64,000 nt of DNA from the human T2T-CHM13v2.0 reference genome, Homo sapiens. The notes under the pieces are model-generated. The model saw nothing but the letters and a program-made list of their open reading frames with translations, did not search any database and was not told where the DNA came from. Location: NCBI RefSeq assembly GCF_009914755.1, contig NC_060947.1; one strand, 5' to 3'. Below are positions 23,915 to 45,100 of the stretch, piece after piece (position 1 is the stretch's first letter; the number at the start of each line of letters is the position of its first letter). Both the position numbers and the translations under genes were made by a program.

Positions 23915-26900
23915 CAGTAGCTATTCTTATATCAGACAAAACAAACTTTAAAGCAACAGCAGTTAAAAAAGACAAAAGGGACATTATATAATGGTAAAAG
24001 ACATGGTCAAACAGGAAAATATCACAATCCTAAACATATATACACCTAACACTGGAGCTTCCAAATTTATAAAACAATTACTAACAGATCTAAGAAATGA
24101 GATAGACGGTAACGCAATAATAGTGGGGGACTTCAATACTCCACTGACAGCATTAAACAGGACATCAAGACAGAAAGTCAACAAAGAAACAATGGATTTA
24201 AACCATACCTTGGAACAAATGGACTTAACAGATATATACAGAACATTTTATCCAACAGCTGCAGGATACATATTCTATTCAAGAGCACATGGAACTTTCT
24301 CCAAGATAGACCCTATGATAATCCATAAAACAAGCCTCAATAAATCTAAGAAAATTTAAATTATATCAAGCACTCTCTGAGACCACAGTGGAATAAAATT
24401 GGAAATCACCTACAAAAAAAACCTTCAAAACCATGCAAATACATGAAATTAAATAACCTGCTCCCAAATGAGCATTGGGTCAAAAACAAAATCAAGATGG
24501 AAATTGGAAAATTCTTTGAACTGAACGACGATAATGACACAACCTATCAAAACCTCTGGGATACAGCAAAGGTGGTGCTAAAAGGAAACTTCATAGCCCT
24601 AAATGCCTACATCAAAAAGACTGAAAAAGCAAAAGCTGACATTATAGGTCACACCTCAGGGAAGTAGAGAAACAAGAACAAACCAAACCCAAGCCAGAGA
24701 GAAGAAAGAAAATAACCAAAATCACAGCAGAACTAAATGAGATTGAAACAAAGAAAATACAAAAATAAATGAAACAAAAAGCTGGTTCTTTGAAAAAATA
24801 AATATAATTGATAGGCCATTAGCAAGATGAACCAAGAAAAGAAGAGAGAAAATCAAAATAACTTCACTAAAAAACAAGACAGGAGGTATTACAGCTGAAA
24901 CCACTGAAATACAAAAGATCATCAAGGCTACTATGAAAACCTTTATGCACATAAACTAGAAAACCTAGAAGGGATGGATAAATTCCTGGAAAAATACAAC
25001 CTTGCTAGTTTAAATCAGCAAGAATTAAATACCCTGAACAGACCAATATAGGCAGAGAGATTGAAATGGTAATTAAGAAATTACCAACAAAAAAATGTCC
25101 AGGACCAGACAGATTCATGGCAGAATTCTATCAGACATTCAAAGAAGTATTGGTACGAACCTTTGACACTATTCTACAAGAAAGCGAAAGAAGACACCCT
25201 CCCTAATTCATTCTATGAGCCAGCATTACCCTAATATCAAAACTAGGAAAGGACATAACAAAACAACAAAACAAAACAACAACAAACAAAACAAAATAAA
25301 ACAAAACTACACACTGATATCCTTGATGAACATAGATATTAAAATCCTTAAAAAAATCCTAGCTAACCAAACCCAACAATATATTAAAAAGATAGTCCAC
25401 CATGATCAAGTGGGTTTCAAACCAGGGATGCAGGGATGGTTTAACATACGCAAGTCAATAAATGTGATAAAACAGAATTAAAAACAAAATCACATGATCA
25501 TCTCAATAGATGCAGAAAAAGCATTCAATAAAATCCAACATTTCTTTATGATTAAAGCTCTCTGCAAAATCGGCATACAAGGGACATACGTCAATGTAAT
25601 AAAAACCATCTATGATAAACCCACAGTCAACTTAATACTTAATCAGGAAAAGTTGAAAGCATTCTCTCTGATAACGGGAATAAGATACGGATGCCCACTC
25701 TCACCATTCCTCTTCAACATAGTACTGGAAGTCCTAGCCAGAGCAAGCAGACAAGAGAAAGAAATAAAGGGAATCCAAATCAGTAAAGAGGAAGTCAAAC
25801 TGTCACAGTTTGCTGATGATGTGACTGTTTACCTTGAAAAACCTAAAGACTCCTCCAGAAAGCTCCTAGAACTGATCAAAGAATTCAGCAAAGTTTCCTG
25901 ATAAAAGATTAATGCACACAGATCAGTAGCTCTTCTATACCCCAACAGCGATCAAACAGAGAATCAAATCAAGAACTCAACTCCTTTTACAATAGCTGCA
26001 AAAAACAAAACAAAACAACAACAACAATAACTTAAGAATATACTTAACCAAGGAGTCAAAATACCTCTACAAGGAAAACTACAAAACCCTACTGAAAGAA
26101 GTCATAGATGACAGAAACAAATGGAAACACATCCCATGCTCATGGATGAGTAGAATGAATATTGTGAAAATGACCAAACTGCCAAAAGCAATCTACAAAT
26201 TCAATGCAATTCCCATTAAAATACCACCATCATTCTTCACAGAATTAGAAAAAACATTTCTAAAATTCATATGGAACCAAAATAAGAGCCCACATAGCCA
26301 AATCAAGACTAAGCAAAAAGAACAAATCTGGAGACAACACACTACCTGATTTCAAACTATAATATAAGGCCATAGTCACCAAAACAGTGTGGTACTGGTA
26401 TAAAAATAGGGACATAGACCAATGGAACAGAATAGAGAACCCAGAAATAAACCCAAATATTTACAGTTTCATCTTTGGTGAAGCAAACAGAAACATAAAG
26501 TCGGGAAAGGACAACCATTTCTACAAATGATGCTGAGATAATTGGCTAGCCACACGTAGGAGAATGAAACTGGATCCTCATCTCTCACTGTATAGAAAAA
26601 GCAACTCAAGATGGATTAAGAACTTAAATCTAAGTCCTGAAACTATACAAATTGTAGAAGATAACATTGGAAAAACCCTTCGAGGCATTGGCTGAGGCAA
26701 GGATTTCATGACCAAGAACCCCAAAACAAATACAATAAAAACAAAGATAAGCAGTTGGGACTTAATTAAACTAAGGAGCTTTTGCACGGCAAAAGGAATA
26801 GTAAGCAGAGTAAACAGACAACCCAGAGAATAGGAGAAAATCTTCACAATCTATACATCTGACAAAGGACTGATAGCTGGAATCTACAATGAACTCAAAC

Positions 26901-27200
26901 AAATCAGTAAGAAAAAAAAATCCCATCAAAAACTCGACAAAGGACATAAACAGAAAATTCTCAAAATAATATATACAATTGGCTAACAAATATATGAAAA
27001 AATGTTCAACCTCCCTAATGATTGAGGAAATGCAAATCAAAACCACAATGTGATACCACCTTAGTCCAGCAAGAATGGCCATAATAAAAAACTCAGAAAA
27101 CAGTGGATGTTGGCGTGGATGTGGTGAAAAAGGAACTCTTCTACTCTGCTGGTGGGAATGTAAACCAGTACAACCACTATGGAAAACAGTGTGGAAATTT
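23915..27200 (+). mobile_element. L1PB-like ORF2 segment, truncated at both ends
   Basis: QQENITILNIY, EQMDLTDIYRTFYP, RT pieces 25215-25901 and C-terminal region to GGAAAACAGTGTGGA. No 3'UTR. Confidence 0.88.
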
Positions 27201-27586
27201 CTTTCTTTCTTCTTTTAATTATACTTTAAGTTCTAGGGTACATAGGCACAACATGCAGGTTTGTTACATAGGTATACATGTGCCATGTTGGTTTGCTGCA
27301 CCCATCAAATTGACATTTACATTAGGTATTTCTACTAATGTTATCCCTCCCCCAGACCCCCTCCCCCCAACAGGCCCCAGTGTGTGATGTTCCCCACCCT
27401 GTGTCCATGTGTTCTCATTGTTCAAATTCCCCCTATAAATGAGAACATGTGGTGTTTGGTTGTCTGTCCTTGTGATCGTTTGCTGAGAACGATGGTTTAC
27501 AGCTTCATTCATGTCCCTGCAAAGGATATTAACTCATCCTTTTTAATGGCTGCATAGCATTCCATGGTGTATATGTGCCACATTTT
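27200..27586 (-). mobile_element. L1PA7-like 3' end (stack unit 1)
   Basis: T-rich tail followed by ATTATACTTTAAGTTCTAGGGTAC, the 3'UTR antisense. Confidence 0.9.
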
Positions 27587-28267
27587 TTTCTTTTTTTTAT
27601 TATACTGTAAGTTCTAGGGTACATGTGCACAATGTTCAGGTTTGTTACATAGGTATACATGTGCCATGTTGGTTTGCTGCACCCATCAGCTGGTCATTAA
27701 CATTAGATATTTCTCCTAATCTTATCCCTCCCCCCTCCCCCCACCCCACAACAGGCCCCGGTGTGTGTGATGCTCCCCTTCCTGTGTCCAAGTGTTCTCA
27801 TTGTTCAATTCCCACCCATGAGTGAGAACATGTAGTGTTTGGTTTTCTGTCCTTGTGATAGTTTGCTGAGAACGAAGGTTTTCAGCTTCATCCATGTCCC
27901 TACAAAGGACATGAACTCATCCTTTTTTAATGGCTGCATAGTATTCCATAGTGTATATATGCCAAATTTTCTTAATCCAGTCTATCATTGATGGATGTTT
28001 GGGTTGGTTCCAAGTCTTTGCTATTGTGAATAGTGCCAAAATAAAAATACGTCTGCATGTGTCTTTATAATAGCATGATTTATAATCCTTTGGGTATATA
28101 CTCAGTAAAGGGATTGCTAGGTCAAATGGTATTTCTAGTTCTGGATCCTTGAGGAATCACCACACTGTCTTCCACAATGGTTGACCTAATTTACACTCCC
28201 ACCAACAGTGTAAAAGCATTCCTATTTCTCCATATCCTCTCCAGCATCTGTTGTTTCTGGCTTTTTA
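27587..28267 (-). mobile_element. L1PA7-like 3' end (stack unit 2)
   Basis: A second tail plus 3'UTR directly abutting unit 1. Confidence 0.9.
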
Positions 28268-31000
<2,733 letters not shown>

Positions 31001-31019
31001 ATTCCTTATCCTAAGGAGA

Positions 31020-31500
31020 GGAGGTTTAAACTGAGGCTTAAAAAAATGAAGGAAAGTGAATTGCAAACATCTGGGAGATAACAGTCCAGACAGCAGAAAC
31101 ACAAGTACAATAACCCTAAGTGAGGAACCATCTTTGTCTTCAAAGAATAGAAAGAAGAGCAATTTAACTGGAGTGTAATGAGTGACAGTAAAAGAGTTAG
31201 GAGTTGAAGTCAGAAAACTAGGATGAGACCATAAGAAATGGGGCTTCGTAGGTTACTTTAAAAATGTAAGCTCTTATTCTGAGTGTTATGGAAGCCTCTG
31301 GATGGTTCTAAGTACTGAAAATGTATCATCTGGTTTATGTTTTCAAAGGAATATTCCAGATGCTGAACTGAAAGGAAATAAAGGTGGAAGCAGAGATACA
31401 AAAGAAGAAACTGTTGTAGTTATTCAGGTAAGAGCTGATGGTAGTCTTGAAAAATGTAGGAAGAATGAAGGAAGTGGAGGTGGAGAAAATAATAAATTTT
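31020..31500 (-). mobile_element. LINE-2 fragment (appears to continue at about 38101-38200)
   Basis: Purine-rich degenerate L2 antisense motifs, e.g. TTATTCTGAGTG..GGAAGCC and GTAGTTATTCAGGTAAGAGCTGATGG. Confidence 0.6.
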
Positions 31501-31513
31501 TAAATAAAGTAGA

Positions 31514-31865
31514 TTTTTTTATTATACTTTAAGTTTTAGGGTACATGTGCACATTGTGCAGGTTAGTTACATACGTATACATGTGCCATGCTGGTGTGCT
31601 GCACCCACTAACTCGTCATCTAGCATTAGGTATATCTCCCAATGCTATCCCTCCCCCCTCCTCCCACCCCACAATAGGCCCCAGAGTGTGATGTTCCCCT
31701 TCCTGTGTCCATGTGATCTCATTGTTCAATTCCCACCTATGAGTGAGAAAATGCGGTGTTTGGTTTTTTGTTCTTGTGATAGTTTACTGAGAATGATGAT
31801 TTCCAATTTCATCCATATCCCTACAAAGGACATCAACTCATCATTTTTTAAGGCTGCATAGTATT
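31514..31865 (-). mobile_element. Short L1PA2-like 3' end (youngest-looking L1 here)
   Basis: 3'UTR with CACATTGTGCAGGTTAG and CATGTGATCTC. Has GAG rather than the L1HS ACA/ACG diagnostic. Confidence 0.85.
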
Positions 31866-31947
31866 TTGCTGAGTTTTTTTAATAAAAGTTTCCTTTTTCT
31901 TTTTTTATTTTTCTATGACTATCATTTTTTCTTTCTTATAAAATATA

Positions 31948-38100
<6,153 letters not shown>

Positions 38101-38224
38101 AGGCATATCTGAGTTTTTAATTTGAGTTTCTGGGTGGATTAAATGTTCACTTAAATGACAGTGATGAAGGGGACAGATTTTGTGGAGTTGATGGAATAAG
38201 GGCTTTTTTTTTTGGGAGCAGGTT

Positions 38225-38425
38225 AAGTACTGTGTACCAGGTACTAAGCTAAGTGCTATACACATCTAACTTGCTTAGTCCTGGAAAAAAAATAGTCCCT
38301 AGGGAAAAACAAAACTATGCAACCCCGTTTTACAGATGAGAAAACTGACGCTCAGAAAAGTTAAGTAATTTACCCAAGTTTAGACACCTAGTGAACATCA
38401 GAGCATTTGAATGCAAGTGTTCTTA
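38225..38425 (-). mobile_element. MIR SINE
   Basis: Core CCCCGTTTTACAGATGAGAAAACTGACGCTCAGAAAAGTTAAGTAATTTACCCAAG. Confidence 0.85.
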
Positions 38426-38797
38426 TGTTCCTTTAATTCTGCAATTTTATTTCTCTTTAAAGCAATCATAAATCTGAGAGGCTTTATACAGGTTTAAGTG
38501 GCACTGCAAAGAAATGGAGCTCATTAACATTGTCTTCACACAAGAGAGAGCCTGGAAGAAGAGCTTGTTTCTGAGATAAGGCTGGATGTTATAAATATTG
38601 CCAATTTGTAACTTACTTTGGCAACAGGAACTTTTCTTTCCAGCAACTTTTCCCACTTTACAATGCAAAGAAAAACCAAGACTTGCTAATAACTAAAGAA
38701 AAAATTATGTTTATGGATAATGAAACACTTATCAGTTGTAATTATCCATTAAAGAAAAGGAATATCCCTATTCTGGGCAGCATCCATACCTCACAAG

Positions 38798-38970
38798 TTT
38801 TTTTAATTTTTAATTTTAATTTTTGTGGGTACATAATAGGCATATATATTTATGGGGTACATTAGATATTTTGATGCAGGTATGTAATGTGTAGGGTACC
38901 CATTCCTCAAGCATTTATCCTTTGTGTTACAAATAATCCAGTTATACTGTTTCAGTCATTTAAAAGTTAT
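38798..38970 (-). mobile_element. L1MA 3'-end fragment
   Basis: TTTTGTGGGTACATAATAGG..TTTATGGGGTACAT..GCATTTATCCTTTGTGTTAC. Confidence 0.7.
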
Positions 38971-38989
38971 TATGGAGAGTTCAATTACA

Positions 38990-39535
38990 GTACAAACCAT
39001 CATCCTTCACCTGTATTACTGCAATAACCTCTCAACTGTAGTACCTGCAGTTTTCCTTTGGGCCCCTACATTGTAATATAGGTTTAGGTGACACTTCAGA
39101 GTGTCTGTATTAAAATCAGAGTGACTGTATTAACCAGAGTGACTTTATTAAAATCTCAGTTTGTGTTGCTATTCTGCTCAAAAGTCTCTGACAGCTTTCC
39201 CCTTTACTCACAGTAAACACCAGAGTCCTCACCATGGCCCACAGACCTTCTGTGGTCTGACTCCTTGTAACATCCTCAATATTGATAATTCTATATCAAA
39301 CATTTGTATCTTACTATCCTTCTCTATAATCTTAATGTTTTATTTTTCTTTGCAGAACTTATAATCATTTGATATATTATATCTTTACCAATTTTTTATT
39401 GTCTTTCTCCCCCAAATACTAAAATAGAAGCTTTTTGAGAACAAAGATTTATGTCTTTTTAAATGCTATATTTCTCTTGCATAGAACAGTGCCTGTCATT
39501 TAGTAGACATTCACAAAATGTTTGTTGACTGAATA
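38990..39535 (+). mobile_element. LINE-2 3' region
   Basis: Ends AGAACAGTGCCTGTCATTTAGTAGACATTCACAAAATGTTTGTTGACTGAAT, a degenerate L2 terminus. Confidence 0.7.
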
Positions 39536-39669
39536 TACAGCTATTGGGCTTTGAGAATGTGAGCCCATCATATTTTATAACTTAGAACTTCAGATCCATG
39601 TTCCTGAAAAGTGAGTGTGAACTACCAGGTTCAAACTCTGGCACAGTACCGCAGTTGAAGAGTTAAAGC

Positions 39670-41605
39670 AAATTCAAATTGAATCACAAAATATTTCACA
39701 TAGCTAGAGCAATCATGAGCAAGAAAAATCAAAGCTGGAGACAATTATATCTGATTTCAGATTATATTACACAGCTATAGTAAACAAAACAGTATGGTAC
39801 TGGCATAAAAACAGACACATAGACCAATGGAACACGATAGAGAGACAAGAAATAAACCCACACATATATGGTTAATCAATATTTAACAATGCCAAAATAC
39901 ACAATGGGGAAATGATAATCTCATCAATACATGTTGTTGGGAAAAGTGGATATCCTCATGCAAAAGTATAAAATTGGGCCTCTGTCTTACACCATATACT
40001 AAGATCAACTAAACATGGATTTATGGCTTAAATATATGACTTAAACCGTAAAATTTCTAGAAGAAAACATAGGAATAAGCTCCTTGACACTGATCTTGGC
40101 AATGAGTTTTTGGATATGACACTAAAAGCAGAGGCAACAATAGCAAATATAGTCAAGTGGGACTCCATCAAACTAAAACTCTATTGCACAGCAAAGGAAA
40201 CAACAGAATAAAGAGACAACCTGCAGAATGAGACAAAATATTTGCAAACCATATATCTGATAAGGGATTAGTATCCACAGTATATACGGAAATCAACTCA
40301 ATAGCAAAAATGTAAATAACAAGTAAACCAACTTACAAATTGGCATAGAATCCAAATAGACATGTCATGAAAGAAGATATGCAAATGGCCAACAGGTATA
40401 AGAAAAGGTGCTCAACATTACTAATTGCTGGGAAAATACAACTTCAAACCATAGTGAAATAAAAATTCACATCTTTAAGATTGGTTATTATCAAAAATAC
40501 AAGAAATAAAATATGTTGATGAGGATGTGGAGAAAAGGAACCATGGTACACAGTTTGGAATGTAAATTGGTACAGCTATTGTGGAAAACAGTACGTTGGT
40601 TCCTCAAAAAAAGAATACAAAATTTCAGATAGGAATAAGTTATAAGGTCACTTGCACAGCAGGATGACTATAGTCAATGGTAGTGTATTGTATAATTCAA
40701 AATAATTAAGATACATTTCATACACCATAAAAACTGATAGATAAGTGAAGTGATGGATATGTTAATTTGCTTGATGTAATCATTCTGCATTGTGTACATA
40801 TCTCAAGACATATTGTACCTCATAAATACATAAAATTATGATTTGTTGAGCCGAAAAAATATTAATTTAAAAATTAAAAACATAACTACCATATGATCTA
40901 GCAATTCCACTTCTTGGTATATATGCAAAAACTAAAATCAGAATCTCAAAAAGATGTCTGCACTCTCCTGATCATTGCAGCATTATTCATAATTCACAAT
41001 AGCCAAGATGGGGAAACAACTTAAATTTCCATCTATAGATGAATGGATAAAATAACTGTAGTATGCACGCAGTGGAATAATAGTCAGGCTTTAAAGGTGA
41101 AAATTCTGAAATTTATGATAACATAGATGGGCCTGGAGGGCATTATGCTAAGTAAAATAAGCCAGTCATGCAAAGACAAATACTGTGTGATGTCTCTTAT
41201 ATGTGTAATCTAAAATAATCAAACTCACAGAAGGAGAGAGTAGAAAAGTGGTTGCATGGGCGTGGTGGAGAAGAAAATGGTGGGTTATGGTTAAAGGTTA
41301 TGAAGTTTCAATTATGAAAGATAAATAAGTTCTGGAGATCTACTAGATAGCATAATACCTATAACTAACAACACTGTATTGTATATTGACAATTTGTTAG
41401 GAAGGCAGATCTTATGTTAAGTGTTCTTACCACAAAACTAATGATGATGATGGTAATAATAATAATAATAATAGGGGCAAAAGAAAACATGGAGAGGTGA
41501 TAGACATGTTTATGGTTTTGATGGTGGTAATGGTTTTAAGCGTGTGTGCTTATCCCAAACACATATGTACACATTTCTATATGCCAATATACCTCAAAAA
41601 GTGGT
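39670..41605 (+). mobile_element. Old L1MA/MB 3' part, with a short nested L1MA 3' end at about 40612-40870
   Basis: Degenerate ORF2 C-terminus (TATGGTACTGGCATAAAAACAGACAC) and 3'UTR. The host reads TTCCTCAAAAA|insert|AAAATTAAAAACATAACTACC. Confidence 0.75.
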
Positions 41606-41740
41606 ATTATTCATTATTCTATTTTTTTATTTTTTAATACTCAAGTTTTGTTCATCATTGTGGGCATCCAGTTTACAGAAGTATATATAATTATTATTAT
41701 TTAAACATAAAACAAAATATTTGTGAATTCATTTAAAAAA

Positions 41741-42100
41741 TTTTTTATTTCCATAGGTTTTTGGGGAATGGGTGATATTAGCTGACATGAATAAGTTATT
41801 TAGTGGTGATTTCTGAGATTTCAGTACACCCATCACTAGAGCAGTATACACTGCATCATATTTGTAGTCTTTTATTCCTCACCACCCTCCCACACTTTCC
41901 CCTGAGTACCCAAAGTCCATTGTATCATTCTTATGCCTTTGCATCATCATGGCTTAGCTCCCACTTATAAGTGAGAAAATACGATGTTTGGTTTTCCATT
42001 CCTGAGTTACTTCACTTAGCATAATAGTCTACAATCTCATACAGGTTGCTGCGAATGTGATTAATTCATTGCTTTTTATGGCTGAGTAGTATTCCGTCAT

Positions 42101-42131
<31 letters not shown>

Positions 42132-45100
42132 CATATATCACAGTTTCTTTATCCACTCATTGATTGATGCGCATTTGGGTTGGTTCCACGATTTTGCACT
42201 TGTGAATTGTGCTTCTATAAACATGCATGTGCAAGGGTCTTTTTCAAATAATGACTTCTTTTCCTCTGGGTAGATACCCAGAAGTGGGATTGCTGGATCA
42301 AATGGTAGTTCTACCTTTAGTTCTTTAAGAAATCTCCACACTGTTTTCCATAGTGGTTGTATTAGTTTATATTACCACCAGTAGTGTAGAAGAGTTCCTT
42401 TTTCACCACATCCATGTCAACATTTACTGTTTTCTAATTGTTTGATTATGGCCATTCTTGCAGGACTAAGATGGTATCACATTGTGGTTTTGATTTGCAT
42501 TTTCTTCATCATTAGTGATGTTGAGCATTTTTTCATATGTTTGTTGGCCAATTGTATATGTCCTTTTGAGAATTGTCTGTTCAAGTCCTTAGTCCACTTT
42601 TTAATGGGATTGTTTGAATTTTTTTTTCTTACTGATTTAAGTTTGTTGTATATTCCAGATATTAGTCCTTTGTCAGATGTATAGATTGTGAAGATTTCCT
42701 CCCACTCTGTAGGTTGTCTGTTTACTCTGCTGACTGTTCCTTTTGTCATGCAAAACTCTTTAGTTCAATTACGCCCCAGCTATTTATCTTTGATTTTATT
42801 ACATTTGCTTTTGGATTCTTGGTCGTGAAATCCTTGCTTAAGCCAATGTCTACAAGGGTTTTTCCAATGTTATCTTCTAGAATTTTTATGGTTTCCGTTC
42901 TTAGGGTTAAGTTCTTAATCCATCTTGAGTTGGTTTTTGTATAAGATGAGAGATGAGGATCCAGTTTTATTCTCCTACATGTAGCTTGCCAATTATCTCA
43001 GCACCATTTGTTGAAAAGGGTGTCCTTTCCCCACTTTATGTTTTTTGTTTGCTTTGTCGAAGATCAGTTAGCTGTAAGTACTAGGCTTTATTTTGGGGTT
43101 CTCTATTCTGTTCCATTGGTCTATGTGCCTATTTTTATATCAGTACCATGCTGTTTGTGTGACTATGGCCCTATAGTATAGTTTGGATGCTACTATACTA
43201 TAGTATAGTAGTGTGAGGCCTCCAGATTTGTTCTTTTTGCTTAGTCTTGCTTTGGCTATGCAGGCTCTTTTTTTTTGTTCCAGATGAATTTTAGAATAGT
43301 TTTTTCTAATTCTGTGCAGAATGATGGGGATATTTTGATGAGGATTGTATTGAATTTCTGGATTGCTTTTGGCAGCATGGTCATTTTCACAATATTGATT
43401 CTACCCATCCATGGGCACGGGATGTGTTTCCATTTGTTTCTGTCATCTATGATAACTTTCAGCAGTGTTATGAAGTTTTCCTTGTAGAGGTCTTTCGACT
43501 CCTTTGTTAGGTATATTCCTAAGTAGTTTTTTTTTTTTTTTTGCAGCTATTGTAAAAGGGGTTGAGTTCTTGATTTGATTCTCGGCTTGGTTGCTGTTGG
43601 TGTATAGAAAAGCTACTGATTTGTGTACATTAATTAAACTGCTGAATTCTTTGATCAGTTCTAGGAGCTTTCTGGAGGTGTCCTTAAGATTTTCAAGGTA
43701 AACGGTCATATCATCAGCAGTGACAGTTTGACTTCCTCTTTACTGATTTAGATGCCCTTTATTTCTTTCTCTTGTCTGATTGCTCTGGCTAGGACTTCCA
43801 GTACTATGTTGAAGAGGAGTGGTGAGAGTGGGCATCCTTGTCTTGTTCCCATTCTCAGAGGGAATGCTTTCAACTTTTCCTGATTAAGTATTACGTTGTC
43901 TGTGGGTTTGTCATAGATAGCTTTTATTACATCAATGTATGTCCCTTCTATGCTGATTTTGCTGATAGTTTTAATTACAAACCAATGCTGGATTTTGTCG
44001 AATGCTTTTTCTGCATCTACTGAGATAATTGTGTGATTTTCATTTTTAATTCTGTTTATGTGATGAATCACATTTATTGACTTGTTAAACAATTTCTACA
44101 TCCCTTGTATGAAACTCACTTTATCATGGTGGATTATCTTTTTGATATGCTATTGAATTTGGTTAGCTAGTATTTTGTTAAGGATTTTAGCATCTGTGTT
44201 CATCAAGAATATCAGTCTGTAGTTTTCTTTTTTGGTGGTGTCCTTTTCTGGTTTTGGCATTAGGGTGATACTGGTTTCATAGAATGAATTAGGGAATGTT
44301 CCTTCTTTTTCTATCTTGTGGAATAGTGTCAAAAGGATTGGTACCAATTCTTTGAATGTCTGGTAGAATTCTGCTGTGAATCTGTCAGGTCCTGGACTTT
44401 TTTTGTTGGTAATTTTTTAATTACCATTTCAATCTTGCTGCTTTTTATTGGTCTGTTTAGGGTATCTAATTCTTCCTGACTTAAGCTAGGAAGGTTGTAT
44501 TTTTCCAAGAATTTATCCATCTCTTCTAGGTCTTCTAGTTTATGTGCATAAAGGTGTTTATAGTAGCCTTGAATGATGTTCTATATTTCAGTGGCGTCAG
44601 TTGTAATAGCTCCTGTTTCATTTCTTAGTGAGGTTATTTGGGTTTCTTTCTTTTTTCTTGGTTAATCTTGCTAACGATCTATCAATTTTATTTATCTTTC
44701 AGAGAACTAGCTTTTTGTTTCATTTATCTTTTGTATTGTATTTTTTGTTTCAATTTCTTTTAGTTCTGCTTTGATCTTGGTTATTTCCTTTCTTCTGCTG
44801 GGTTTGGGTTTGGTTTGTTTTTGTTTCTCTAGTTCCTTGAAGTGTGACCTTAGATTGTCTGTTTGTGCTCTTTCAGACTTTCTGATATAGGCATTTAAGG
44901 CTCTGAACTTTCCTCTTAGCTTTTGCTTATCCTAGAGATTTTGATACATTGTGTCTTCATTGTCATTTAGTTCAAAGAATGTTTTAATTTCCATCTTGAT
45001 TTCGTTTTTGACTTAGTGGTCATTCAGGAGCAGGTTATTTATTTTCCATGTATTTTCATGGTTTTGAAGGTTCCTTATGGAGCTGATTTCCAGTTCTATT

